Assembly (NCBI GenBank): GCA_041394165.1
Contig: JAWKIT010000004.1
Span: forward strand, 212,502-244,501
Length of the DNA: 32,000 nucleotides
Reading direction: 5' to 3'
Source: Acidimicrobiales bacterium
GTDB taxonomy: Bacteria > Actinomycetota > Acidimicrobiia > Acidimicrobiales > Iamiaceae
This document shows positions 16,218 to 24,641 of this stretch, piece after piece. Every line of letters starts with the position of its first letter. Position 1 is the stretch's first letter. The translations under genes and the position numbers were made by a program. The notes beneath the pieces were generated by a model. The model did no database searches. It was given only the letters and a program-made list of their open reading frames with translations, and was not told where the DNA came from.

Positions 16218-17377
16218 CGCACCACCGCGGTGAGCTCCGAGAGCGGCTCGGCCAGCGCGTTGACCGCATCGGCGAGCGCCTTGACCTCCGCCTCGTCGAG
16301 CGCCGTGTAGGCGACGAAGCCGTCGCCGTCGCGCTGCTCGTCGAGGAGCGCCTGCACGGCGTCGAACTCCTCGTCGAGGGTGGCGGCGAGCTCCTCGCCG
16401 CCCCGCTCGACCAGCGCCGGCTCGAGCAGGTCGAAGGCCCGGCGCGCCCCGTCGACGTTGGCCTGGAAGTCCCACAGGTCGGTGTGCGACCAGATCTCCT
16501 CCTCGCCGGTGACCTTGCCGGTCGCCACCTCGTCGAGCAGCTCCTTGGCCCCGTTGCCGAGCTGGCTGGGCGTCAGCTCGAGCTCCGCCACCCGCCCCGC
16601 GAGGTCGTCGGTGTCGGCCACCAGCTGCTCGGACAGCTCGGTGCGCTCGTCGGCGGTGAGCGCCTGGTAGCCGGCATCGGCCGGCGGCCACAGGTCCTTC
16701 TCGATGCGGTGCCACCCCGTCCAGGTCTGGCCGTCCTCGAGATCGGCCTCGCGCAGGTCGAGCTTGGGGTCGAGGTCGCCGAAGCTCTCGGCGACGGGCT
16801 CGATGCGCTCCCAGTGCACCCGGGCATCGGCGTAGGACGCCCGGGCCTCGTCGTCGCGGCCCTCGGCGTAGGCCGTGGCGAACGCCTGCGTCTTGGCCTG
16901 GAGGGTGGCCACCTCGTCGGCGACGTAGGACCGGTAGCCACGGGTCGCCTCGTCGAGGAGCGCCGCCACCTTCGGATCGTCGGCCGCCGCCGCCTCGTCG
17001 CCTTCCGTGACGGTGAACGCCTCGCTGATGCCATCGCCCTCCATGCCGGGCTTGCACTGCGCCGTGTACTCGCCGGGCTCGGCCTCGACGACGAGCGTCC
17101 GGGTGAGGCCGGGCCCGACGTTCTCGACCTCGCTGACGATCCGCTCGCCCTCGAGGAAGTAGAACTCGGTGACCTCGCTCCCGTCGTTGGTGACCTCGAA
17201 CGAGATGGCGCCGGCGGGTGCCTCGGTCGCCGAGAGCTCGCAGGCCTCGGCCGTGCTCGACACCTCGATGGCGCCGCCGCCGGAGCTGGCGGCGTCCTCC
17301 TTGTCGGTGCACGCGGCGAGGCCGGCCAGCAGGGCGAGGGCGGGAAGGACGAGCAGGGCGCGAGCGCGCGAGGTCAT
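16214..17377 (-). CDS. efeO: EfeO-type iron uptake lipoprotein (N-terminal cupredoxin + M75/imelysin-like domain)
   Basis: ORF 16214..17377(-): MTSRARALLVLPALALLAGLAACTD (lipobox), then a cupredoxin-like domain, then ...ARVHWERIEPVAESFGDLDPKLD... (HxxE metal site of the M75 domain)...GKVTGEEEIWSHTDLWDF. Confidence 0.9.
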   Translation of the reverse strand: MTSRARALLVLPALALLAGLAACTDKEDAASSGGGAIEVSSTAEACELSATEAPAGAISFEVTNDGSEVTEFYFLEGERIVSEVENVGPGLTRTLVVEAEPGEYTAQCKPGMEGDGISEAFTVTEGDEAAAADDPKVAALLDEATRGYRSYVADEVATLQAKTQAFATAYAEGRDDEARASYADARVHWERIEPVAESFGDLDPKLDLREADLEDGQTWTGWHRIEKDLWPPADAGYQALTADERTELSEQLVADTDDLAGRVAELELTPSQLGNGAKELLDEVATGKVTGEEEIWSHTDLWDFQANVDGARRAFDLLEPALVERGGEELAATLDEEFDAVQALLDEQRDGDGFVAYTALDEAEVKALADAVNALAEPLSELTAVVR

Positions 17378-17452
17378 GGGAGCTCCGTGGGGTGGGTTCG
17401 ACGGCCGCCGGCCGTGCGGGGACGAGGGGTGGGCGAGCCGACGGAGGTCGGC

Positions 17453-18310
17453 TCAGGCGCCGCCGACCGGCTGGGGGTGGGCGGTGGACGGGCGCGGGGC
17501 GGGCGCCCGCGGGGGGCGCACCGTGCGGACGAAGAGGGTCATCACCGGGATCACGTAGGCGAGCCAGACGATGAGCTCGAGCCAGGTCGTGGCCGGCGAG
17601 AAGTTGATGGTGCCCTTGAGCAGCGTCCCGTACCAGCTGCTGGGCGGGATCTGCTCGGACACGTCGAAGGCCAGGGACCCCAGGCCTGGCAGGATGCCCG
17701 CCTCCTGCAGGTCGTGGACCCCGTAGGCCAGCACGCCGGCGGCGACGATGATCAGCGCCCCGCCCGTGTAGGTGAAGAACTTCGCCAGGTTGAGCTTGAG
17801 GGCGCCCCGGTAGATCAGCACGCCCAGCACGATCGCGGTGGCGATGCCGAGCAGGCCGCCGATCAGCGGCTGGGTGCTCGAGCCGGTGGCCTGGGCCGCG
17901 GTCCAGAGGAAGAGGGCGGTCTCGAGCCCCTCGCGCCCGACGGCGAGCACGGCGAGGATCACCAGGCTCCAGCCGCCGGCGGCGACCGCGACGTCGAGCC
18001 TCGACTCGAGCTCGCCCTTGAGGCTGCGCGCGGTGCGCGCCATCCAGAAGATCATCCAGGTCACGAAGCCGACGGCGAGGATCGACAGGATGCCGCCCAG
18101 CGCCTCCTGGGCCTCGAAGCTCAGCTGGCGGTTGCCGTAGGTCAGCAGCGCCCCGAAGCCGAGCGAGAGGGCGACGGCGATGCCCACGCCCGCCCAGATC
18201 CGCGGCAACAGGTCGCGCCGGTCGGTCTTCACCAGGTAGGCGACGAGGATGCCGACGACGAGGGCGGCCTCGAGGCCCTCACGCAGGCCGATCAGGAAGT
18301 TGGCGAACAT
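17453..18310 (-). CDS. efeU: FTR1/EfeU-family high-affinity iron permease
   Basis: ORF 17453..18310(-). It has two REGLE motifs ([10 protein letters not shown] and [10 protein letters not shown]) and multiple hydrophobic TM segments. Confidence 0.9.
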   Translation of the reverse strand: MFANFLIGLREGLEAALVVGILVAYLVKTDRRDLLPRIWAGVGIAVALSLGFGALLTYGNRQLSFEAQEALGGILSILAVGFVTWMIFWMARTARSLKGELESRLDVAVAAGGWSLVILAVLAVGREGLETALFLWTAAQATGSSTQPLIGGLLGIATAIVLGVLIYRGALKLNLAKFFTYTGGALIIVAAGVLAYGVHDLQEAGILPGLGSLAFDVSEQIPPSSWYGTLLKGTINFSPATTWLELIVWLAYVIPVMTLFVRTVRPPRAPAPRPSTAHPQPVGGA

Positions 18311-18370
18311 CGCAGGGCTGCTCCACGGTCGACGGGGCGTCGGACGCGGTGGTGAACGTACCCCGCCCCT

Positions 18371-18389
18371 CTTTGTTAGGCAAGCCGAA
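18371..18389. promoter_or_regulatory. possible IdeR/DtxR-type iron box upstream of efeU
   Basis: CTTTGTTAGGCAAGCCGAA matches the IdeR consensus TTAGGTTAGGCTAACCTAA at 13 of 19 positions by my hand alignment. It contains the imperfect inverted repeat TTAGGC-AA-GCCGAA and lies about 60 nt upstream of the efeU ATG (18310). Confidence 0.3.
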
Positions 18390-18404
18390 CGTCTGTGGCG
18401 CCGG

Positions 18405-18995
18405 TCACCCCGGTGGCTGCTCGAGGACGAGGTGGGTGGCCACCTCGAGCTCCGCCGCGACGTTCTCCATGCCCGACCAACCGTTGACCCACCCGATGAG
18501 CGCCGAGAACCACACGTGGCCGAGCGTCCGGGTGGCCTGCCGGGTGAAGTCGGGGTCGAAGTCGTCGCCCAGCGCCTGCGACATGATCCGGTCCATCGCC
18601 GCGGCGACGTCGCGCTGGCACTCGGCCGCGCCCCGATCGGGCGACAGCAGGGCGGTCACCACCGCCTCGGAGAGCTTGGGCTCCTTCTCCATCGCGCGCG
18701 TGGCCCGGCCGAGCACGTCGGCCACCCGGGCGGTCGTGGTCTCGCCCTTCGGCGGCTTCAGGCTCACCCGCCGCTCGAGGTCGTGGGTCCACTCCACCAT
18801 CGCCGCGGCCAGCAGGTGGTCCTTGGAGGAGAAGTAGCGGTAGATGGTGCCGAGGGCGACCCCCGCCGACGTGGCGACGTCGCGCATCTGCACGGCGTCG
18901 TAGCCGCCCGAGGCGCCGAGCTCGAGCGCGGCTCGCAGCACGCGCTCGCGCCGCGCCGCCTGGCTGCGGGTGAGCGTGGTGGCGTCGCCGTCCAT
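18405..18995 (-). CDS. kstR: TetR-family transcriptional repressor, KstR-like
   Basis: ORF 18405..18995(-), 196 aa, with the HTH segment [55 protein letters not shown]. From memory this closely resembles Mycobacterium KstR. It is co-located with six KstR-consensus operators and lies 9 nt downstream of a fadE-like gene that carries one of them. Confidence 0.8.
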   Translation of the reverse strand: MDGDATTLTRSQAARRERVLRAALELGASGGYDAVQMRDVATSAGVALGTIYRYFSSKDHLLAAAMVEWTHDLERRVSLKPPKGETTTARVADVLGRATRAMEKEPKLSEAVVTALLSPDRGAAECQRDVAAAMDRIMSQALGDDFDPDFTRQATRTLGHVWFSALIGWVNGWSGMENVAAELEVATHLVLEQPPG

Positions 18996-19004
18996 CGCCG
19001 AACC

Positions 19005-20234
19005 CTACGAGCCGCTGCGGCCGAGCTCGCGGAACGGGACGTCGCGGTCGGCGCGGATCTCGCCGGGGAGCCCGAGGACGCGCTCGGCCATGATGTTGCG
19101 CTGCACCTCGTTCGAGCCCCCGGCGATGCCGATCGCCGGGGCGAACAGGAAGCGGGCCTGCCAGTCGGTGCCCGCCGGCGCGTCGTCGGCGTAGAGCTGG
19201 CCCTCGGGCCCGAGCATCTCGAGCGACGCCTTGCCCAGCCGGCGCAGGTACTCGGCGGCGAACAGCTTCATCACCGAGGTCTCCGGGCCCGGCGGCACCC
19301 CCTTCGACAGGGCGGTCTGGAGCCGGTACCCGAGGTACTTCTGGATCTGCTGGCGGCTCCAGCAGTCGACGAGCTGCTGGCGCAGCACCGGGTCCTCGTT
19401 GCGGCCGCGCTTCTGGGCCAGCTCGATGAGGGCGACGGAGTCCGACGACTTGTTCCCCCCGGCGATGAGGCCGCGCTCGTTGGAGAGCGTCGTGAGGGCG
19501 CAGGCCCACCCGCCGTTCACCTCCCCCACCACCATGTCGTGGGGGATCCGCACCTCGTCGAGGAACACCTCGTTGAAGTGCTCCGAGCCGGTCATCTGCC
19601 GCAGGGGGCGGATGTCGATGCCCGGGGCGGCCATGTCGAGCAGGAAGTAGGTGATCCCCTTGTGCTTGGGCACGTCGGGATCGGTGCGGGCCAGCAGGAT
19701 GCCCCACTGCGACTCGTGGGCGCCCGACGTCCACACCTTCTGGCCGGTGACCACCCACTCGTCGCCGTCGCGCACGGCCCGGGTGGAGATGTTGGCCAGG
19801 TCCGAGCCGGCGTCGGGCTCGCTGAAGAGCTGGCACCACACCTCCTCGCCGCGCAGCATGGGGAGCAGGAAGCGCTCCTTCTGGGCGTCGGTGCCGTGGC
19901 GCATGAGCGTGGGCCCGGCCATGGCGATGCCCACCGGGAACGGGTTCACCGTGACGCCCCACTTGGAGGCCTCCTGGGTCCAGATCTGGCTCTGCATCGG
20001 CGTGCAGCCCCGGCCCCCGTACCGCGTCGGCCACGTGATGCCGGCCCAGCCGTGGTCGACGAGCAGCCCGAGCCAGGCCTTCACCCGCCGGTTGAACTCC
20101 TCGGGTGCCATCGTCCCCTCGAGGTAGCCGGTCGAGAAGTCGTCGGGACCGCCCTTGACCGGCGCGTGCTCCTCGAGCCAGGCGCGCGCCTCGGCGCGGA
20201 AGGCGGCCTCTTCCGGGGTGTCGTCGAAGTCCAT
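19005..20234 (-). CDS. acyl-CoA dehydrogenase (FadE family)
   Basis: Within ORF 19005..20498(-), from ATG 20234: [23 protein letters not shown]... It has [35 protein letters not shown] and C-terminal [21 protein letters not shown]. Confidence 0.9.
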   Translation of the reverse strand: MDFDDTPEEAAFRAEARAWLEEHAPVKGGPDDFSTGYLEGTMAPEEFNRRVKAWLGLLVDHGWAGITWPTRYGGRGCTPMQSQIWTQEASKWGVTVNPFPVGIAMAGPTLMRHGTDAQKERFLLPMLRGEEVWCQLFSEPDAGSDLANISTRAVRDGDEWVVTGQKVWTSGAHESQWGILLARTDPDVPKHKGITYFLLDMAAPGIDIRPLRQMTGSEHFNEVFLDEVRIPHDMVVGEVNGGWACALTTLSNERGLIAGGNKSSDSVALIELAQKRGRNEDPVLRQQLVDCWSRQQIQKYLGYRLQTALSKGVPPGPETSVMKLFAAEYLRRLGKASLEMLGPEGQLYADDAPAGTDWQARFLFAPAIGIAGGSNEVQRNIMAERVLGLPGEIRADRDVPFRELGRSGS

Positions 20235-20246
20235 CGGCGCAGAGAT

Positions 20247-20260
20247 TAGAACACGTTCTC
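20247..20260. promoter_or_regulatory. KstR-type operator (TAGAACACGTTCTC)
   Basis: It lies 13 nt upstream of the fadE ATG (20234). Its terminal TA is the start of a TAATCT -10-like hexamer on the minus strand (20248-20243). The divergent WS/DGAT gene starts at 20343. Confidence 0.75.
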
Positions 20261-20342
20261 GTTCGGCGGCCGCCTCGGCGCTCGGGCACGGCACGCGGCG
20301 ATCGGTGCCAGAATGCCCCCGGACCCGATGAGGAGGACGCAG

Positions 20343-21907
20343 ATGGAACGACTGACCGGGCTCGACGCCGCCTTCCTCTACCTCGAGAACCCCACCAACC
20401 ACATGCACGTGGCGATGACGATGGTCCTCGACCCGTCCACCGTGCCCGGGGGCTACACGTTCGAGAACCTGAAGGAGTTCATCCGGGGCCGGCTCCACCT
20501 GGTCCCGCCGTTCACCCGGCGGCTGGTGGAGGTCCCCTCAACCTCGCCCACCCGGTCTGGGTGGAGGACCCCGACTTCGACATCGACTTCCACATCCGGC
20601 GCATCGGCTGCCCGTCGCCCGGAGGCCGCCGCGAGCTGGGCGAGATGGCCGGCCAGATCGCCAGCACGCCCCTCGACCGCAACCGGCCCCTCTGGGAGCT
20701 GTGGGTCATCGAGGGGCTCAAGCAGGACCGCATCGGCGTGGTCACCAAGGTCCACCACGCGGCCATCGACGGCAGCTCCGGGGCCGAGCTGATGGTGCAC
20801 CTGTTCGACCTCGAGCCCGAGCCGGCCGACCCACCCCCGCCCGGCGAGCGCGACGCCGAGCACATCCCGAACGACTTCGAGCTGCTCGGCCACGCCGCGG
20901 CGTCGCGCGTCCGCAAGCTGATCAAGCTGCCGAAGCTGCTGGGCGAGACGGTCGGGGCGGTGAACCGCGTGGCCCAGGGCCGCCGAGACCCCACGAGGAA
21001 GGTCGGCGCGGTGCCCTCACGGCGCCCCGCACGCCGTGGAACGGCCCGCTCAGCCCGATGCGCAACGTCGGCTTCGCCCGCGTCCCCCTCGACGACGTCA
21101 AGGCGCTCAAGACCACCTTCGGCTGCACGGTGAACGACATCGTCCTGGCCCTCTGCGCCGGCACGCTGCGCTCCTACATGCTCGACAAGGGCGAGGTTCC
21201 CGACATCCCGCTCGTGGCCGCCTGCCCGGTCTCGGTGCGCGGGCGGCGACAAGGAGGTGGGCAACAAGGTCTCGGCCATGTTCACCACCCTCGACAGCCA
21301 GCTCGACGACCCGCTCGAGCGCGTCCGCGCCATCCAGGCGTGCACGGTGGGCGCCAAGGAGGAGCACAACGCGGTGGGCGCCGCCATGCTCCAGGACTGG
21401 GCCGAGTACGCGGCGCCGAACACCTTCAACCTGGCGTCGCGCCTCTACTCCAGCTGGGGCCTGGCGGACTCGCACCGCCCGATCCACAACGTGATCATCT
21501 CGAACGTGCCCGGCCCGCCGTTCCCGCTCTACTACGCGGGCTGCGAGATGGTGGCGGCCTACCCCATGGGCCCGGTGATGGAGGGCGTGGGCCTCAACAT
21601 CACGGTGATGAGCTACCGCGGCTCGGTCGACTTCGGCTTCATGGTCGACCGCGAGCTCGTGCGCGACGTGTGGAACATGGCCGACCGGGTGAAGGACGCC
21701 CTCGCCGAGCTCCAGGCCGCCGCCGCCCAGCTCGAGGGCGGCGGATCGAGCGCCGGGCCCACCGAGCTCGCCGCCATCCCCGCCCCCGAGACCGCCTCGT
21801 CGGCGAACGGGGTGCAGGCTCCGAGCGCCGACGGAGCCACCGGCGACGACGACGGCTCCGACGTCCCCCGGGCCAAGCCCGCCCCCCTGCGCGCCGACCT
21901 GGCCTGA
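20343..21907 (+). pseudogene. wax ester synthase / diacylglycerol acyltransferase (WS/DGAT), three frame disruptions as sequenced
   Basis: ATG 20343 follows GAGGAGGA. The protein is spread over four ORF-track frames:
- [24 protein letters not shown]...RRLVEVP (20313 ORF)
- [19 protein letters not shown]...[12 protein letters not shown] (the HHxxxDG motif; 20561 ORF)
- [32 protein letters not shown]...ACPVSVR (20701 ORF)
- GNKVSAMFTTL...NVIISNVPGPPFPLYYAG (21257 ORF)
The switches are at about 20535-20538 (C run), about 21011-21018 (C run) and about 21238-21246 (G run). Confidence 0.85.
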
Positions 21908-21982
21908 CGTCGACGTCCTGGCGCCAGGCGGCCCGGATCGGGCACGACCGCTCCAGGAGCTCCGGCGGTGGCTTGTGAAAAA

Positions 21983-21996
21983 TAGAACGTGTTCTC
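21983..21996. promoter_or_regulatory. KstR-type operator (TAGAACGTGTTCTC)
   Basis: It lies 22 nt upstream of ATG 22019 of the FadD19-like ligase and is embedded in an A/T-richer patch (gtgaaaaaTAGAAC...). Confidence 0.75.
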
Positions 21997-22018
21997 GTCG
22001 GATGGTAGAAACCCACCC

Positions 22019-23677
22019 ATGGGGTTCAACATCGCTGACCTGTTCGAGCGCGCCGTCGATGCCGTGCCCGACCGCACGGCGCTGGTGTGCGGCGACACGA
22101 TCCTGACCTTCGCCGAGCTCGACGCCGAGGCCAACAAGCTCGCCAACCACCTGCTGGCCGAGGGCTTCGGCCACGGCGACCACATCGGCATCTACGGCCA
22201 GAACTCGGCCGAGTGGATGATCGCCATGCTCGGGATCTTCAAGGTCCGCGCCGTGCCGATCAACATCAACTTCCGCTACGTCGAGGACGAGCTCGTCTAC
22301 CTGTTCGACAACGCCGACCTGGTCGCGCTCGTGCACGACCGCGAGTACCTCGACCGCATCGAGGCCGTGGTGGAGAAGGTGCCCGGCGTGCGGCACTACC
22401 TCATGATCGACGACGAGACCGACCTCGACCCGAGCCGCATCGGCGCGGTCGCGTGGGCCGACGCCCTCGCCGGGCAGTCCGCCGAGCGCCCGCAGCTCGA
22501 CCGGTCGCCCGACGATCACTACGTCATCTACACCGGCGGCACCACCGGCATGCCCAAGGGCGTGGTGTGGCGCCACGAGGACGTCTTCTACGCGCTGGGC
22601 GGCGGCATCGACGCCTACACCAACGAGCGGGTCACCACCCCCACCCAGCTGGCCGAGAAGGCCGCGGCCGCCGAAGCGCCGATGGTCGCCCTCCAGGCCC
22701 CGCCCCTCATGCACGGCGCCGCCCAGTGGGGCGCGCTGCGCTTCTTCTTCGAGGGCAACACGGTCGCGTTCATCCGCAAGTTCTCGGCCGAGGCGGTCTT
22801 CGACGAGATCGAGCGGTCGCGGGTCTCCACCCTGCTGATCACGGGCGACGCCATGGCCCGCCCGCTGATCGAGTGCCTCGAGGCGAACCCCGGTCGCTGG
22901 GACCTCAGCTCGTTCTTCGTGCTGTCGTCGAGCGCGGTCACCTTCTCCCCCGCCCTCAAGACCCGCATGCTCGAGCTGCTGCCCGACATCATGATCGTCG
23001 ACGCGATCGGGTCGTCCGAGGGCGGCATGAACGGCATGGTGATCCAGACCAAGCACGAGACCATCTCCCACTCGGGCGGCGGTCCCACGGTGAAGGCCGG
23101 CCTCGACGCGACCGTCATGGACGACGACCTGACCCCGGTGCCCGCCGGGTCGGGGATCGTCGGCAAGCTGGCCCGCTCGGGCAACATCCCGATCGAGTAC
23201 TACAAGGACCCCGAGAAGACGGCGAAGACGTTCGTCACCGACGCCGCCGGCAAGCGCTGGGTCATCGCCGGCGACTTCGCCAGCCTCGAGGAGGACGGGA
23301 CCATCACGCTCCTCGGGCGGGGCTCGGTCTGCATCAACTCCGGCGGCGAGAAGATCTTCCCCGAGGAGGTCGAGCACGTCCTCAAGGCGCACCCGTCGGT
23401 CTACGACGTGCTGGTCGTCGGCGTGCCCGACGACCGCTGGGGCCAGGCCGTGTGCGCCGTGGTGCAGCGGCGCGAGGGCGTCGACGAGCTCACCCTCGAG
23501 GACGTCCAGGAGCACGCCCGCCGGCACCTGGCCCGCTACAAGGTGCCCCGCCACCTGGTGTTCGTCGACGCGATCGTCCGCTCCCCCAGCGGCAAGCCCG
23601 ACTACCCGTGGGCGACGGCGCTCGCTGCGGACCAGGTCGCGTCGCGCCTGAGGCGCCGGGCGCCCCGGCGCCGGTGA
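22019..23677 (+). CDS. AMP-forming acyl-CoA synthetase, FadD19-like (long-chain/steroid side-chain CoA ligase type)
   Basis: ORF 21989..23677. I prefer ATG 22019 (MGFNIADLFERAVDAVPDRTALV...) because the GTG at 21989 lies inside the operator. Motifs are VIYTGGTTGMPKGVVWRHEDV, GDFASLEEDGTITLLGRGSVCINSGGEKIFPEEVE and YKVPRHLVFVDAIVRSPSGKPDY. Confidence 0.9.
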   Translation: MGFNIADLFERAVDAVPDRTALVCGDTILTFAELDAEANKLANHLLAEGFGHGDHIGIYGQNSAEWMIAMLGIFKVRAVPININFRYVEDELVYLFDNADLVALVHDREYLDRIEAVVEKVPGVRHYLMIDDETDLDPSRIGAVAWADALAGQSAERPQLDRSPDDHYVIYTGGTTGMPKGVVWRHEDVFYALGGGIDAYTNERVTTPTQLAEKAAAAEAPMVALQAPPLMHGAAQWGALRFFFEGNTVAFIRKFSAEAVFDEIERSRVSTLLITGDAMARPLIECLEANPGRWDLSSFFVLSSSAVTFSPALKTRMLELLPDIMIVDAIGSSEGGMNGMVIQTKHETISHSGGGPTVKAGLDATVMDDDLTPVPAGSGIVGKLARSGNIPIEYYKDPEKTAKTFVTDAAGKRWVIAGDFASLEEDGTITLLGRGSVCINSGGEKIFPEEVEHVLKAHPSVYDVLVVGVPDDRWGQAVCAVVQRREGVDELTLEDVQEHARRHLARYKVPRHLVFVDAIVRSPSGKPDYPWATALAADQVASRLRRRAPRRR

Positions 23678-23717
23678 CGTCCCGGTTCGGGGCGGCACCG
23701 AGCGGGTAGCGGCGATC

Positions 23718-23828
23718 ATGGCCATCTGGTTCCGACGCCTCCTGATGCTCCTGATCCCCTGGGCGTGGCGGCGCTGGCGGCGCGGCCGGTCCGACGAGCG
23801 GGTCGACGAGGTCCCGGCGAGCGCCTGA
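23718..23828 (+). CDS. possible 36-aa small membrane/basic peptide (speculative)
   Basis: ATG 23718 to TGA 23826-23828 encodes MAIWFRRLLMLLIPWAWRRWRRGRSDERVDEVPASA. It is below the ORF-track size cut-off. Third codon positions are G/C in all but one codon. There is no convincing SD. Confidence 0.2.
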   Translation: MAIWFRRLLMLLIPWAWRRWRRGRSDERVDEVPASA

Positions 23829-23837
23829 ACGCCCGCG

Positions 23838-24637
23838 TCAGGCCTGCCGGGCGGATGCCAGCGCAGCGATCCGCTCCTGCTCGAACCGGCGGTTCTCCCA
23901 GCGACCGCAGGCGACGCGCGCGCCGATCCCGGTCGGGCCAGGGTCGATACGGCGTCGATCATCGTGCGGCGCGTCGCCCACGGCAGGAGCTCCTGCTCGA
24001 CGCAGACCAGGCCGTGCCGGACGGCGAGCGACGCGACCAGCTCGGCGTCCACGCTCGGATCGCGCCAGTGCACCTGCGGCTCGACCCGGCCCGCTCGCAC
24101 CAGGGCACGGTGCAGCGGGCCCACGCGGCGCAGCGCCGCCGAGCGGTCCCACCTCGACGCGCGCAGGTTGGAGTGGTGGATCCACGCCACGCCGTCGTCG
24201 GCGAGGACCCGGGCGAGCTCCGCGACGTAGCCGGCGATGGCATCCGCGTCGGCGTGCACCAGCGAGTCGAAGCTGAACACGAGCTCGACCGAGCTGTCGT
24301 CGACGGTCGGCAGCGAGCGGCCGTCGCAGGCCACGGCGCGGACGCCGCCCACCGCGGCGAAGCGCGCCGTGCACGCCTCGACGCACGAGGGGGTCACGTC
24401 GACGGCGATCACGTCGGCCGACCACCGGGCCAGGTGCTCGGTCCACCGGCCGTGGCCGCAGCCGATCTCGACGATCCGGGCGAACGTCTCGTCGCCGGCG
24501 GCGGCCCGGACGCGAGGCGCGATCCACGACGACCACTGGGAGGCGGGACCGCCCCACCCCGACGACCACTCGTCGCCGCGGTGGGCCCAGCGATCCGCCC
24601 GGCCCCAGACCTCCCGGTTGTCGTCGACCGACGGCAC
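23838..24637 (-). pseudogene. class I SAM-dependent methyltransferase, one frame disruption as sequenced
   Basis: GTG 24637 lies 5 nt after the hydratase stop. The product is VPSVDDNREVWGRADRWAHRGDEWSSGWGGPASQWSSWIAPRV...ARIVEIGCGHGRWTEHLA (motif I)...LVFSFDSLVHAD... This frame has no stop until 21107. The frame of ORF 23838..24569 ends with a plausible ...GARVACGRWENRRFEQERIAALASARQA*. The frame switch is at about 23910-23950, in a gcgcgcgcg tract. The length is 800 nt (3n+2). Confidence 0.7.
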
Positions 24638-24641
24638 GGGG

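Noticed and set aside
21989-22018. GTG 21989 as the start of the FadD19-like CoA ligase, as in the ORF track.
   Set aside because: This GTG lies inside the KstR operator. The extra residues (FSSDGRNPP) are not part of the conserved N-terminus. ATG 22019 begins MGFNIADLFERA, the typical start of this ligase family.
21107-23837. Continuation of the 1176-aa minus-strand ORF beyond the methyltransferase domain, antisense to the FadD19-like and WS/DGAT genes.
   Set aside because: Only the first about 235 aa look like a protein (a methyltransferase). The rest is low-complexity and is explained by loss of the proper stop through a 1-nt frame shift near 23910-23950.
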